DNA from: an uncultured Planctomycetota bacterium
GTDB lineage: Bacteria; Planctomycetota; Planctomycetia; Pirellulales; Lacipirellulaceae
Length of the DNA stretch: 64,000 nt
Assembly (NCBI GenBank): GCA_963719315.1
Contig: CAVRBU010000002.1
Coordinates: 160,001-224,000 of the forward strand
Direction of reading: 5' to 3'
Below are positions 51,569 to 60,795 of this stretch, piece by piece. Under the pieces are notes generated by a model. That model saw nothing but the letters and a program-made list of their open reading frames with translations. It did not search any database and was not told the DNA's origin. The position numbers and the translations under genes were made by a program. The stretch's first letter is position 1. Each line of letters starts with the position of its first letter.

Positions 51569-52406
51569 AACGGGCCGCAACTCATTCGTGAAATTCGCGG
51601 TAGCGCTCGGCGCGTTTCTGCTGTTCGCTGCGCCGGCACTTGCGCAAATCGATTCGCCGGCTGCATCGCTGCTGCCAAAAGGCATCGGCGGTCCGGCCGA
51701 CTGGACCAGCCCACAGGGCCTGGCGTCGACGCTGCAGATCATGCTGCTGCTGACGGTGGTCAGCCTTGCTCCGGCCATCTTGCTCATGACCACCGGGTTT
51801 GTGCGAATCATTGTCGTGCTCGGTCTGCTGCGTCAAGCACTCGGCACCCAGCAACTGCCACCAAGCCAGGTCATCACATCCATCGCGCTCTTCATGACGC
51901 TGCTACTCATGGCGCCCGTGTGGAGCGAGTCGTATGAAAAGGGTATTAAGCCCTACACGAACAGCGAAATCGGGCTCAATGAGGCGTTCAATCAGGCCGT
52001 GGCGCCCGTGCGCCGATTCATGGCGCACCAGATTCAGTTGACCAAAAACGACGACGACGTCTATCTGTTTCTACGATACATGCCACCGGAGGCCGACGCG
52101 AGCAGCGCGCCGCCGAATTATGTGTACTACGATGCTGCCGAAGGCGAGCGCGAAGTGCCGCTTGTGGCTCTTCTGCCGGCGTTCATGCTCAGCGAACTAA
52201 AGACGGCGTTCTTGATCGGTTTCCAGATTTATTTACCGTTTGTGATTCTCGACATCGTCGTGGCCAGCGTGACGATCTCGATGGGCATGCTCATGCTGCC
52301 ACCGGTGCTCGTATCATTGCCGTTCAAACTGCTACTGTTCGTGCTGCTCGATGGATGGCATCTAGTGGTAGAAATGCTGCTGCAAAGTTTTCATTTAATA
52401 ACGTGA
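51561..52406 (+). CDS. fliP: Flagellar export protein FliP
   Basis: [61 protein letters not shown] before GTG. Confidence 0.96.
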   Translation: MFRTGRNSFVKFAVALGAFLLFAAPALAQIDSPAASLLPKGIGGPADWTSPQGLASTLQIMLLLTVVSLAPAILLMTTGFVRIIVVLGLLRQALGTQQLPPSQVITSIALFMTLLLMAPVWSESYEKGIKPYTNSEIGLNEAFNQAVAPVRRFMAHQIQLTKNDDDVYLFLRYMPPEADASSAPPNYVYYDAAEGEREVPLVALLPAFMLSELKTAFLIGFQIYLPFVILDIVVASVTISMGMLMLPPVLVSLPFKLLLFVLLDGWHLVVEMLLQSFHLIT

Positions 52407-52417
52407 CGTATTTCCCG

Positions 52418-52445
52418 ACCCTCAACCCTCAACCCTCAACCCTCA
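52418..52445. repeat. One-armed heptamer array (ACCCTCA)x4 abutting the fliQ start
   Basis: ACCCTCA x4, the last A being the A of ATG. Confidence 0.9.
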
Positions 52446-52711
52446 TGAACCCACAGGATGCCATTGATCTGGGACGCGAGGCGCTTGTTGTCGCGACGCT
52501 GATTGCCGCGCCGGTCCTGTTGGCTGGAATGCTCGTGGGACTCCTCGTCGGCTTGCTTCAGGCGCTCACGCAGATTCAAGAACAAACGGTGGCGTTCGTG
52601 CCGAAGTTGATCGCGATGGTGCTAGCGATTGGGATATCGATGCCGTGGGTCATCACGCGGCTCGTCGAGTATTCGCGCGAACTGATCCACAACATCCCGA
52701 ATTCGCTCTGA
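52445..52711 (+). CDS. fliQ: Flagellar export protein FliQ
   Basis: LLQALTQIQEQTVAFVPKL. Confidence 0.95.
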   Translation: MNPQDAIDLGREALVVATLIAAPVLLAGMLVGLLVGLLQALTQIQEQTVAFVPKLIAMVLAIGISMPWVITRLVEYSRELIHNIPNSL

Positions 52712-52790
52712 CCGTAGGTGTCGCGAGCCGAGCTGCACCTGATCCAAGCTCGACGCCGAATGTCCGGCTTTGGTTCTGCATGATTGCAAC

Positions 52791-53570
52791 ATGAACCTTG
52801 AAACATTTCTCGTCAGCCGGTTCATGGTGTTTACGCTGGTGCTCGCTCGCACCGGAGCGCTGATGACGACTGCGCCCATCTTCGGCACCCTTGCGTTGCC
52901 GCGACAAGTTCGAGCGCTGCTAGCGGTCGCGATGTCCTTGCTCGTGACGCCTGTGTTCCTGAACACGTCGATGCCGCCTACCGAAAACCTTGCCGAGTAC
53001 GGCCGGCTGATAGCGAACGAAACGCTCGTCGGTCTGATGCTGGGACTGGGCATCAACATTCTGTTTTCCGGTATCCAAGTGGCCGGGCAAATTGTGAGCC
53101 AACTCAGCGGATTGTCGTTGGCCGACGTTTTCAGTCCCGGGTTTGACGAAGACGTTTCGATTTTCTCGCAGTTGTTTTATTTCCTGACGCTGGCGGTTTT
53201 TGTTGCAGTCGGCGGGCATCGGATCGTGACGCAATCGCTGTTGGAGACGTTTGTCGCTCTGCCTCCCGGCCACGCAGCGCTCGGCACCAGCTTCGTTGAA
53301 GTCCTCACGAGCATCATCACCCAGGCGTTCGCGCTCGGCATTCGGGCTGCCGCCCCGCTGCTGACGGCGCTGCTCCTATCGAATCTCGTGCTGGGCCTCA
53401 TCAGCCGCACCCTGCCGCAGATCAACGTGATTGCCGTAGGCTTCGGCCTTAATGCGTTACTGGCAATGGGGCTGCTGTTCCTATCGCTGGGCGCGGCAGC
53501 ATGGACATTTCAAGACCCAACGATCGAAGTAATGCATCGAATTCAAGAAGCGCTAATCGCCAGCAATTAG
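52791..53570 (+). CDS. fliR: Flagellar export protein FliR
   Basis: LARTGALMTTAPIFG, AGQIVSQLSGL, GLISRTLPQINV. Confidence 0.94.
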   Translation: MNLETFLVSRFMVFTLVLARTGALMTTAPIFGTLALPRQVRALLAVAMSLLVTPVFLNTSMPPTENLAEYGRLIANETLVGLMLGLGINILFSGIQVAGQIVSQLSGLSLADVFSPGFDEDVSIFSQLFYFLTLAVFVAVGGHRIVTQSLLETFVALPPGHAALGTSFVEVLTSIITQAFALGIRAAAPLLTALLLSNLVLGLISRTLPQINVIAVGFGLNALLAMGLLFLSLGAAAWTFQDPTIEVMHRIQEALIASN

Positions 53571-53627
53571 CCGTCAAACTGCAACTGTCAGACAAGTTTA
53601 GAAGTCGAACTTTGTCTTTCATTTCCA

Positions 53628-53660
53628 GCCCTCAACCTTCGACCCTCGACCCTCGACCCT
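53628..53660. repeat. One-armed heptamer array (ACCCTCG class) just before flhB
   Basis: GCCCTCA ACCTTCG ACCCTCG ACCCTCG ACCCT. Confidence 0.85.
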
Positions 53661-53663
53661 TCC

Positions 53664-54749
53664 ATGGCCGAAAACGCCGGTGAAAAATCGTTCGACGCGA
53701 CGCCGCATCGACGTCAGGAAGCGCGCGAGAAGGGCCAGGTCGCGTTCAGCCAGGACTTGGGCTCGGCCGCGATGTTGATGCTGGCCGCGTTTTTGCTGCT
53801 GATGCTGGGTGGCGCTCTCATGGAATTTTGCGCGACGCTCATGCGCCATCAATTGGGCGACGTCATGGAGCTGCGCACAACGCAAGAAACGCTCCTCAGT
53901 GAATGGGTGCATATCGCGGTTTCGCTTTCAGCGGTGATGCTGCCAATCCTGGGGCTGATGATGCTTGGCGGCATTTTGACCAGCCTGCTGCAAGTCGGAT
54001 TTCTGTGGATTCCCGACCGTCTCGCGCCCGATATCAGCCGAATCAACCCGGCCTCTGGTCTCAAGCGAATCTTTTCATTATCTGGCACGGCGCGACTTGG
54101 GTTTGGACTCGTAAAAGTGCTCGTCGTAGGCGGTGTGGCAATCGCGGTGTTGTGGATGCGGTGGGACGAAGTGCTCCGCTCCTCCGCCCTCGATACGCCA
54201 CAGTTCGCCAAATTCCTGGTCAGCATTTCGCTCAACACGGTGCTCTGGATCGCGGCGGTCCTGCTGCTTATTGCGGTGCTCGACTACGGCGTGCAACGAT
54301 GGAAATACGAGCAGGACCTGCGGATGACACACCAGGAAATACGCGAAGAAATGAAAAACGTGCAGGGCGATCCGCAGATCGTTGCCCGCCGTCGAGCGAT
54401 CCAACGACAGATGGCGCTCAATCGAATCTCCACGAGCGTACCCAAGGCGGACGTAATCGTGACCAATCCCACCGAGCTGTCTGTCGCAATTCAGTACGAT
54501 CCGAAGGAGATGGCGGCCCCGGTTGTGGTCGCGAAAGGCGCCGGCGTGCTTGCCCAGCGTATTCGCCGACTAGCGCTGGAGAACAACATTCCGGTCGTCG
54601 AGCGCAAGCCGCTCGCCCAGCTTCTCTACAAGGAAGTCGATATTAACAAGCCGATTCCAGCAGAATCGTACGCCGCGGTCGCCGAAGTATTGGCGTACGT
54701 CTACCAACTGCAAGGCAAAAAAATGCCCATGCCGCCCCGAGCCGCATAG
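53664..54749 (+). CDS. flhB: Flagellar export switch protein FlhB (NPTE instead of NPTH)
   Basis: EAREKGQV, LRMTHQEIREE, GDPQI, VTNPTE, VVVAKG, AVAEVLAYVY. Confidence 0.96.
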   Translation: MAENAGEKSFDATPHRRQEAREKGQVAFSQDLGSAAMLMLAAFLLLMLGGALMEFCATLMRHQLGDVMELRTTQETLLSEWVHIAVSLSAVMLPILGLMMLGGILTSLLQVGFLWIPDRLAPDISRINPASGLKRIFSLSGTARLGFGLVKVLVVGGVAIAVLWMRWDEVLRSSALDTPQFAKFLVSISLNTVLWIAAVLLLIAVLDYGVQRWKYEQDLRMTHQEIREEMKNVQGDPQIVARRRAIQRQMALNRISTSVPKADVIVTNPTELSVAIQYDPKEMAAPVVVAKGAGVLAQRIRRLALENNIPVVERKPLAQLLYKEVDINKPIPAESYAAVAEVLAYVYQLQGKKMPMPPRAA

Positions 54750-54838
54750 ACGCCGCCCCCCATTGGCGTCGGCGGCAACGCCGAATCTCGCTGTTACCGT
54801 ATCCCGCGCCGCGCACTTCAACTCTGTGAATCCCGTTC

Positions 54839-55483
54839 TCAATCGCCACCGCGCGTTTGCCCATTTGCGTCATAAAACAAGCCCCCAGGATGCGGTCCCG
54901 ACTTATTGGCGAACATCTCCTTCTGTTCGTCATACGACATTTCCGGTCCGATGTACCAAGGGTCATAATTCCCCCATTCCGACAACGCCTGTCGATCGTT
55001 GAGGTCCCAACCTCGAGGCCTGCTCGGATTGGAGCGATCGATTACGAACACGTAGTGACAAATGGCAACGCCCGAAGTTGTCGAATCGGGGTCTGCTTGA
55101 GCTGGGCAGCGAAACAAGCGAGGACGCGGAAGCTCCGTATTCTTCGGAATGCCGTTGGCCAGCGCGTCGGCCAGGGGCCACTCTTCCATCCACTTCAAAC
55201 AATCAATTGTCCAGTGATTAGGGCTGGGGAATTTTCTGGCGCTATTAATGTAGGACCCGACCGCCATTCCCACTTGCCGGAGGTTGTTTTGGCACTGCGT
55301 CGTTAGCGCTCGGTGCCGCGCCGCTTGAAGCGCGGGAAATAGCAGCCCCATCATAATGGAGATGATGAACAGCACCACCAACAGCTCGATCAGAGAGGCT
55401 CCGCGCGGAGAACAGCGCGATGAAAGCGCTATATCGCTTCGAGCCGAGTAGCGCACGCCACACAAAAGAGAAATGGCTGCCAT
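54839..55483 (-). CDS. Prepilin-type N-methylation / DUF1559-like protein
   Basis: GASLIELLVVLFIISIMMGLLFPALQAAR...CQNNLRQVG; FRCP; start uncertain. Confidence 0.82.
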   Translation of the reverse strand: MAAISLLCGVRYSARSDIALSSRCSPRGASLIELLVVLFIISIMMGLLFPALQAARHRALTTQCQNNLRQVGMAVGSYINSARKFPSPNHWTIDCLKWMEEWPLADALANGIPKNTELPRPRLFRCPAQADPDSTTSGVAICHYVFVIDRSNPSRPRGWDLNDRQALSEWGNYDPWYIGPEMSYDEQKEMFANKSGPHPGGLFYDANGQTRGGD

Positions 55484-55518
55484 GCTGAGATTATGTAGCC
55501 GGCGAAAGAAAATAGCAA

Positions 55519-56700
55519 CTACGCCGAGGCGCTCGCCGCCTCGTGGCCGTTGTAACCGTACCGCTGGAAGTAAGGTGCCCACCGGCCACGAACCCGCTCC
55601 GCCACATCGGGCGGCAACGAATACTTGTTCGTCTTGTAGTCGCGGGTCTTCATCGTGTGCCGCAACAATGCGGGTTCGACGTCGGCGAAGTCTCCCAGGC
55701 CCAGCCGCTGATAGATCTGCCGCATTTCGCCCACCGGGTCCGCGACGAGGTCTTCGTAGCGAATATCGACGAGCCGGCCCGGCGGAATGAGTTCGCGGTC
55801 CTGTTCGAAGCATTCATACATCCGCACGAAGTTGTCGAGGACGCTGTTCTCCATCCAACCGGCGTCGTCGTGCGGAATCTGAAAGCCCTGCACTTCGCTC
55901 AACGATTTCCACAATCGCACTGTGGAAGGAAACAACACCAGCGGGTCGCGAACGATGTGAATGAACCTTGCGTTCGGAAACACTTCCAGAATCGTCCGCA
56001 CACGGGCCGTATGCGTAGGCGATTTCAACACGACCCGGCGATTGTTCGCCAGCGCCACGCGCTGGACGAACCCCCGCCACTTCTGCTTCCACGATTCGCG
56101 CTCGGCGTTCGGCAGCATGCGGAGGTCGAGGTATTCGTCCGCCACGGGGCCGTGATTCGGAAACGCCCACACCAAATAGGGCGACGGCACGCCCATGTTC
56201 ACCAGCGCAAACTCATCCTCCTGCGGCCGGTCCCAACCGGCCACAACATCGTCCATCGGTCGTTTCTTGGGAAGAAACGCGCGGACGATCGGCGGAATAA
56301 ACCACGACGTCCACAGAAAGTGATGTGGCGCGAAGCACTGATAGGTCGATGGGCACGTGTGCCGCTCGTCGAGCATCAACAACTCGTGCATCAGCGTCGT
56401 GCCGCTGCGCCAATGGCCAAGCACGAACAGCGGCGGCTCTTTCAGCTTCACGCGCCGAATCGCATTGCTGAACAGGAACCATTCGAATACACCGCAGAAC
56501 GTGTTGAGTATGCTAACGATGGTTACCGTAATGACCATCGACCAGCGGATCGGCGGCACGGCAAATCGGTTGCGCGCGAGCAGCCGGATCCAAGTGAAGA
56601 AGTCCATTCCGTGCCAGAACCGCAGCGCCCATCGAGGGTAGCGGTGCAACGGCTGGTCGGTGTAGGCAGGTTTTGCAGGCTCGTTGCGCGGGGCGGTCAT
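55519..56700 (-). CDS. Sulfotransferase family protein
   Basis: LGHWRSGTT, PQEDEF, VLKSPTH, IVRDP, YEDLVADP. Confidence 0.9.
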   Translation of the reverse strand: MTAPRNEPAKPAYTDQPLHRYPRWALRFWHGMDFFTWIRLLARNRFAVPPIRWSMVITVTIVSILNTFCGVFEWFLFSNAIRRVKLKEPPLFVLGHWRSGTTLMHELLMLDERHTCPSTYQCFAPHHFLWTSWFIPPIVRAFLPKKRPMDDVVAGWDRPQEDEFALVNMGVPSPYLVWAFPNHGPVADEYLDLRMLPNAERESWKQKWRGFVQRVALANNRRVVLKSPTHTARVRTILEVFPNARFIHIVRDPLVLFPSTVRLWKSLSEVQGFQIPHDDAGWMENSVLDNFVRMYECFEQDRELIPPGRLVDIRYEDLVADPVGEMRQIYQRLGLGDFADVEPALLRHTMKTRDYKTNKYSLPPDVAERVRGRWAPYFQRYGYNGHEAASASA

Positions 56701-56747
56701 GACGGGTCCAGGCGGGAGGATCGGCTGGTGTAGCTAATCCATTGTAA

Positions 56748-59225
56748 TTAGGAAGTCTCACCGGGGGTGGGCACGATTGGGCCGACGGAATTTACAAGTT
56801 GCTCTTCGGCGGCAAGATCCAGTTCGTTAAGCGATTGGCCGGCGGGCAACGAAAAATCGATGGCCGGCGTTTTCTGGCGAAAGCGGCGATCTCCCCGAGC
56901 GTATACTACGGCCGCGATCCAGATTCCGGCCAGGCCCGTCAAGAACAAGCCCACGCCAACGTACCGCGAAAGGGACGATCCGCCTTGCTCCACGGTTAGC
57001 ACAAGCGGCGCACGGCCGATCAGCAGCGGCGCGAAACGGGCCGGGTCGATGTCTCCACCGGCGTTCCCGTCTTCAGTATTGGGATCTTCTGAATTCGTCC
57101 CTCGCGCGTGGTACAGCCAATCTTTGAAAAAGAAGCCGGCAACGCGCACCGGCTCGTGCAGCAAGTCGCCGGTGGGGAAGCCTTCCGGCAAATCGCGAGC
57201 GCAGAATACCAAGGGATGATTCTGTGAGTCCTCGGTGAAAACTTCGATCTCGAAATAATGATCGATATTGAAACGGCGGGCGACATCGCTCGGTTCGCCA
57301 TCGGCCTTCGCGCCGACCTCCACGCGCGTTACCCGTTTCGCCGTTCCATCGAACACGAACAATCGGCCGATTTGACTTTGAGCATCGTTGAACAACGTGG
57401 CAACACTATATCGGCCTTCCGCTGCCCGTCGCAAAGCCTCGTGCGCCAGCAAGCGTTGCGGCGCTGTTTTCGCAACGGCCAGTCTTCGTTCCCATTCTTC
57501 GCGTACCGCTGGCAAGTTTTGCTGCGCAATGCGGGCGAGCTGGTTCGCGCCGATCTGCCCGGCGGCGTTGAGGAGTTGATAAAACGCCTCGCGCTCCTCG
57601 GCGCGAATTGGTCCGCGGCCTTGAATTTGGTCCAATAGTCCCACATCCACGCCGAGGCTGCCGAGAACCACTTTGCCGAACGACCGATCGGCACTTCCGC
57701 CAAGCTGCTGCTCGATCGTCGGATTGAGCAGAGCGCGAACTTCATCGGACCGCTGCCCAGGGTGCCAGGCGATTTCCTTGGCCAACCAGAGGCTGGTCGG
57801 CGGGGAATCATTGCCGATTCTTTTAAAGTACAGAGCAACGGCTGAGACCCGTTCATTGAGCGGATCGGACCGCAGCCATTCTCGCGGCACGCGAGTCGTG
57901 AGGATCGTTGCCGAACCGGCCTCTTTGTCGAGCGCGACTTCGCACTCAAAATACTCGGGCATTTCAAGCCGCTCTGCGTCGGCGGCGGCTGGTTTTCGCG
58001 AAGTGACCTTCGTCACGCGGCCCGTCAAACGAACTAACTGCCCTCGGCAATCATTCGGGCTTTCGAGCACATCGATGGGCGACAAATCATCGTGCACCCA
58101 ACCGTCGAGATCCGATGAATTGAACGACCGCAACCGCCGCAGCAGTTCGAGCGCTTTCGTGCGTTGGGTATCGGAGAGCGGTTGGCCGTCGTCGAATTCA
58201 GCGAGGCTCTCCACGCTCCAACCGGCAAGGGCGAGCACGTCGCGAAACGAAGTCGTGGGCTTTGAGGGTACGGGGGAGTCGCCCCTCTTGGCAAATTCCT
58301 TTGTTGCATCCGAATTCATCACAACTTCGATCGCAGCCGGCGGATGGATATCCGTCATGCCGGGACCGCAGGCCACGACGCCGTAGTATTCTATGCTATT
58401 GGCTACAATCACGGGCGCCGTGCCGAGGCCGCCTTTCCATTCGTAGGATAACTTCTTGAAGAACAGCCCCGTAACTTTCGCGTAGCTGCCAGCTTGATCG
58501 TCGCCGACTTTCAATTGCGGCGGCAGATCGAGACAATATACGAAAATAGGCCAGGAAGAACCGTCCGCGGGCTGAAGAACGACACGATAGTACGCCTTGA
58601 TTCCCAGATCGTTCGGCGCCGGAGTTTGTTCGGTAACTTGACGGACGAATCCATAAGTATCGATCAGCTTGCCCCGATAGAAACTCGGCCGATCAACGAG
58701 CTGCACGTAGCTGGCAGAGATCGTGTGGGCGGCTTTCAGCTCGGCGGCAGACGACTGTTGCAGCAGCTTGAAGAATTGAAACCACGCATCTTTTTCCGCC
58801 TGGCGAAAGTACGTGTTATCGGTGATTGTCGAAAGCCGATTGGCCTCGACGGCGGGAAACAATCCAGCGGTAGGCGGCGTACTCTTTTGGGAATCGGGCG
58901 GCGACGCTTCCTTCGACTCAGGCTTTGAAGCTTGCTTGTCGCCATGAAACGCACCCAGCGGCAACGGCTTAATGCGGTCCGGCTTAGCCCCGTCCACCAC
59001 GTCCGTGGGTGGTTGCATTGTTTCAGCTCCCGACGCCGTTTTGCGGTCGTCGGCCACTTGCGTGAAAAACTGGTTCACGCGATTCGCGATATTCGGGTTG
59101 CGCAGCCGGCCCATTACGATGATCACCAGTCCCAGCGGCACGAACAGCAACAGCAGCCGCCACTGCTCCCCCCGCGACAAAAAGTTCCGAACGCGGCGGT
59201 GATCGGGTTTCAAGAGGCGAACCAT
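56748..59225 (-). CDS. Membrane protein with three internal repeat domains
   Basis: TM segments at both ends; repeats (Y/C/I)(R/G)G..V...G.V..V ... V.(G/A).(F/Y)FK. Confidence 0.8.
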   Translation of the reverse strand: MVRLLKPDHRRVRNFLSRGEQWRLLLLFVPLGLVIIVMGRLRNPNIANRVNQFFTQVADDRKTASGAETMQPPTDVVDGAKPDRIKPLPLGAFHGDKQASKPESKEASPPDSQKSTPPTAGLFPAVEANRLSTITDNTYFRQAEKDAWFQFFKLLQQSSAAELKAAHTISASYVQLVDRPSFYRGKLIDTYGFVRQVTEQTPAPNDLGIKAYYRVVLQPADGSSWPIFVYCLDLPPQLKVGDDQAGSYAKVTGLFFKKLSYEWKGGLGTAPVIVANSIEYYGVVACGPGMTDIHPPAAIEVVMNSDATKEFAKRGDSPVPSKPTTSFRDVLALAGWSVESLAEFDDGQPLSDTQRTKALELLRRLRSFNSSDLDGWVHDDLSPIDVLESPNDCRGQLVRLTGRVTKVTSRKPAAADAERLEMPEYFECEVALDKEAGSATILTTRVPREWLRSDPLNERVSAVALYFKRIGNDSPPTSLWLAKEIAWHPGQRSDEVRALLNPTIEQQLGGSADRSFGKVVLGSLGVDVGLLDQIQGRGPIRAEEREAFYQLLNAAGQIGANQLARIAQQNLPAVREEWERRLAVAKTAPQRLLAHEALRRAAEGRYSVATLFNDAQSQIGRLFVFDGTAKRVTRVEVGAKADGEPSDVARRFNIDHYFEIEVFTEDSQNHPLVFCARDLPEGFPTGDLLHEPVRVAGFFFKDWLYHARGTNSEDPNTEDGNAGGDIDPARFAPLLIGRAPLVLTVEQGGSSLSRYVGVGLFLTGLAGIWIAAVVYARGDRRFRQKTPAIDFSLPAGQSLNELDLAAEEQLVNSVGPIVPTPGETS

Positions 59226-59538
59226 GGGGATACTAATGAGTAGGAGCGTCTAACGAATTGGCCGGGGACTGCCCTTTCCAGGCAGGACGAGCACGACGAA
59301 TGCATCCTCGCATCAAGCCTTGAGACCATCCCATAGAACTCCGCTTCCGCGTGGAACGAATTCCGGCAAAAAAGCGTGCCGTCGTCTGTAATTGTATTAG
59401 CCGCTTGGACTTGCGACAACACGCATCCGGCAGTGCCAAGTATCGCTATCGTTCCATTGGAGCACTTTTCCAGAAACTTTCCCCTCTTGGGAATAAGCGG
59501 TCGATCCTCTCGCGAATTGTAGTGCGATAGTCGGCATG

Positions 59539-59547
59539 TGATACAAT
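59539..59547 (+). promoter_or_regulatory. Candidate extended -10 promoter for the ECF sigma gene
   Basis: TGaTACAAT. Confidence 0.4.
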
Positions 59548-59605
59548 AATCACGGCCTAGGCCACCGGCTATCGCGCGGAACAGGCTAACGGAGAGAGGC
59601 AACGG

Positions 59606-60175
59606 GTGGCTCTGACGCGGACAGACTTTGTTGTTCTGATCCACGATCATGCTCCGGCATTGTATCGGATCGCTTATCGGCTGGTGGGCGATTGTCACGA
59701 TGCGGAGGATGTCGTGCAGGAGACATTGCGCAGTGCGTGGAAGAGTCGGGCAAACTTTACGTGCGGACGTGGCCAGCGGGCGTGGCTGGCTGCGATTCTG
59801 CGACGTAGAGTGATCGATCGTTGGCGACGTGCTGGCCGACGAATGGTGCTTGTTGGGGAAGGACCACTGGAGGTGCCGGTAACGGCGCTGGATCCAACCT
59901 CGAACGAGTTCACAGACGAAATGCAACAGGCCCTCTCTCAACTTCCCTCGGAATTGCGCGAGTCCCTCCTGTTGGTCGTCGTGGGCGAGTTAACGCATCA
60001 AGAAACGGCCAACGCACTCGGTGTACCGCTCGGCACTGTTCTGTCGCGCGTCAGCCGAGCCCGCCAGCGGTTACGAAAACATCTGCTTGAAGTGCGAGGA
60101 GCGAGGAGCGGGGAGCGGGGAGCAAGAATTCAGAACTCCTACTCGATACTCCCAGCTTCCTGCTCCCCGCTATGA
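59606..60175 (+). CDS. ECF RNA polymerase sigma factor
   Basis: DAEDVVQET, AWLAAILRR, LTHQETA..LGVPLGTVLSRVSRAR; the C-terminal tail is repeat-derived. Confidence 0.93.
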   Translation: MALTRTDFVVLIHDHAPALYRIAYRLVGDCHDAEDVVQETLRSAWKSRANFTCGRGQRAWLAAILRRRVIDRWRRAGRRMVLVGEGPLEVPVTALDPTSNEFTDEMQQALSQLPSELRESLLLVVVGELTHQETANALGVPLGTVLSRVSRARQRLRKHLLEVRGARSGERGARIQNSYSILPASCSPL

Positions 60176-60251
60176 AAGGTGGAGTGCGAGATGCTTGGAG
60201 ACCGACAGTACGAATGTCTTGCTCCATGCTCCCCGCTCCAAGCTCCACGCT
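60089..60251. repeat. Compound inverted heptamer arrays (GAGGAGC class)
   Basis: GAGGAGC GAGGAGC GGGGAGC GGGGAGC ... GCTTCCT GCTCCCC; second arm GCTCCAT GCTCCCC GCTCCAA GCTCCAC. Confidence 0.9.
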
Positions 60252-60347
60252 GACATACACGCGGCAAGATTCGCGCGCGTGCTCGCCACGAGTCCAGGGC
60301 GGCCAGGTGGGCGGCAACCAGGACTCGAATGCTCAAGGTTTACGATC

Positions 60348-60578
60348 ATGGCGTATCCACACTCGAACCCGTCGTCCTTCGGCGACACATTGAACGCTTC
60401 TATCGATTCCCTTGCGGCGCTCGATGCCTTTCAGCCGTTCGTACAATCAAACGACCGGGCGATCGATGCCGCGCTCAAGAGCGTGCCGCTGCCTGAAGGC
60501 CTCTTGAACCGGCTCGGGCTGCTAGTCGGTGCGATGTCGGATGAAGTGTCCGACCCGGTGGACTATTTAGGCTGCTGA
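60348..60578 (+). CDS. Small hypothetical protein, possible soluble anti-sigma
   Basis: 76 aa after the ECF sigma; DRAIDAALKSVPLPEGLLNRL. Confidence 0.55.
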   Translation: MAYPHSNPSSFGDTLNASIDSLAALDAFQPFVQSNDRAIDAALKSVPLPEGLLNRLGLLVGAMSDEVSDPVDYLGC

Positions 60579-60580
60579 GT

Positions 60581-60633
60581 GTAGTCCTCCCGCTCTGCGG
60601 GAGGAAATTACATTCGCGGAGCGAGATGGTTAC
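60581..60633. repeat. REP-like element (GTAGYCCTC family), copy 2
   Basis: GTAGTCCTCCCGCTCTGCGGGAGGA...CGCGGAGCGAGATGGTTAC. Confidence 0.55.
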
Positions 60634-60795
60634 ACTCTCGCGGCGGCGCTAGCATCGCTCTTCTCTTCCGCTAGAATAAGTCTGTGGCAACATTCGCGTC
60701 GTCGCGGCTGCTACCGCGTACCCCCACAAGACTTTTCCGTGCCGTTTTTTCGAAAGAAAGCCGGCGCACACAGAGAGATCGGGCGCTTTTCTAGC

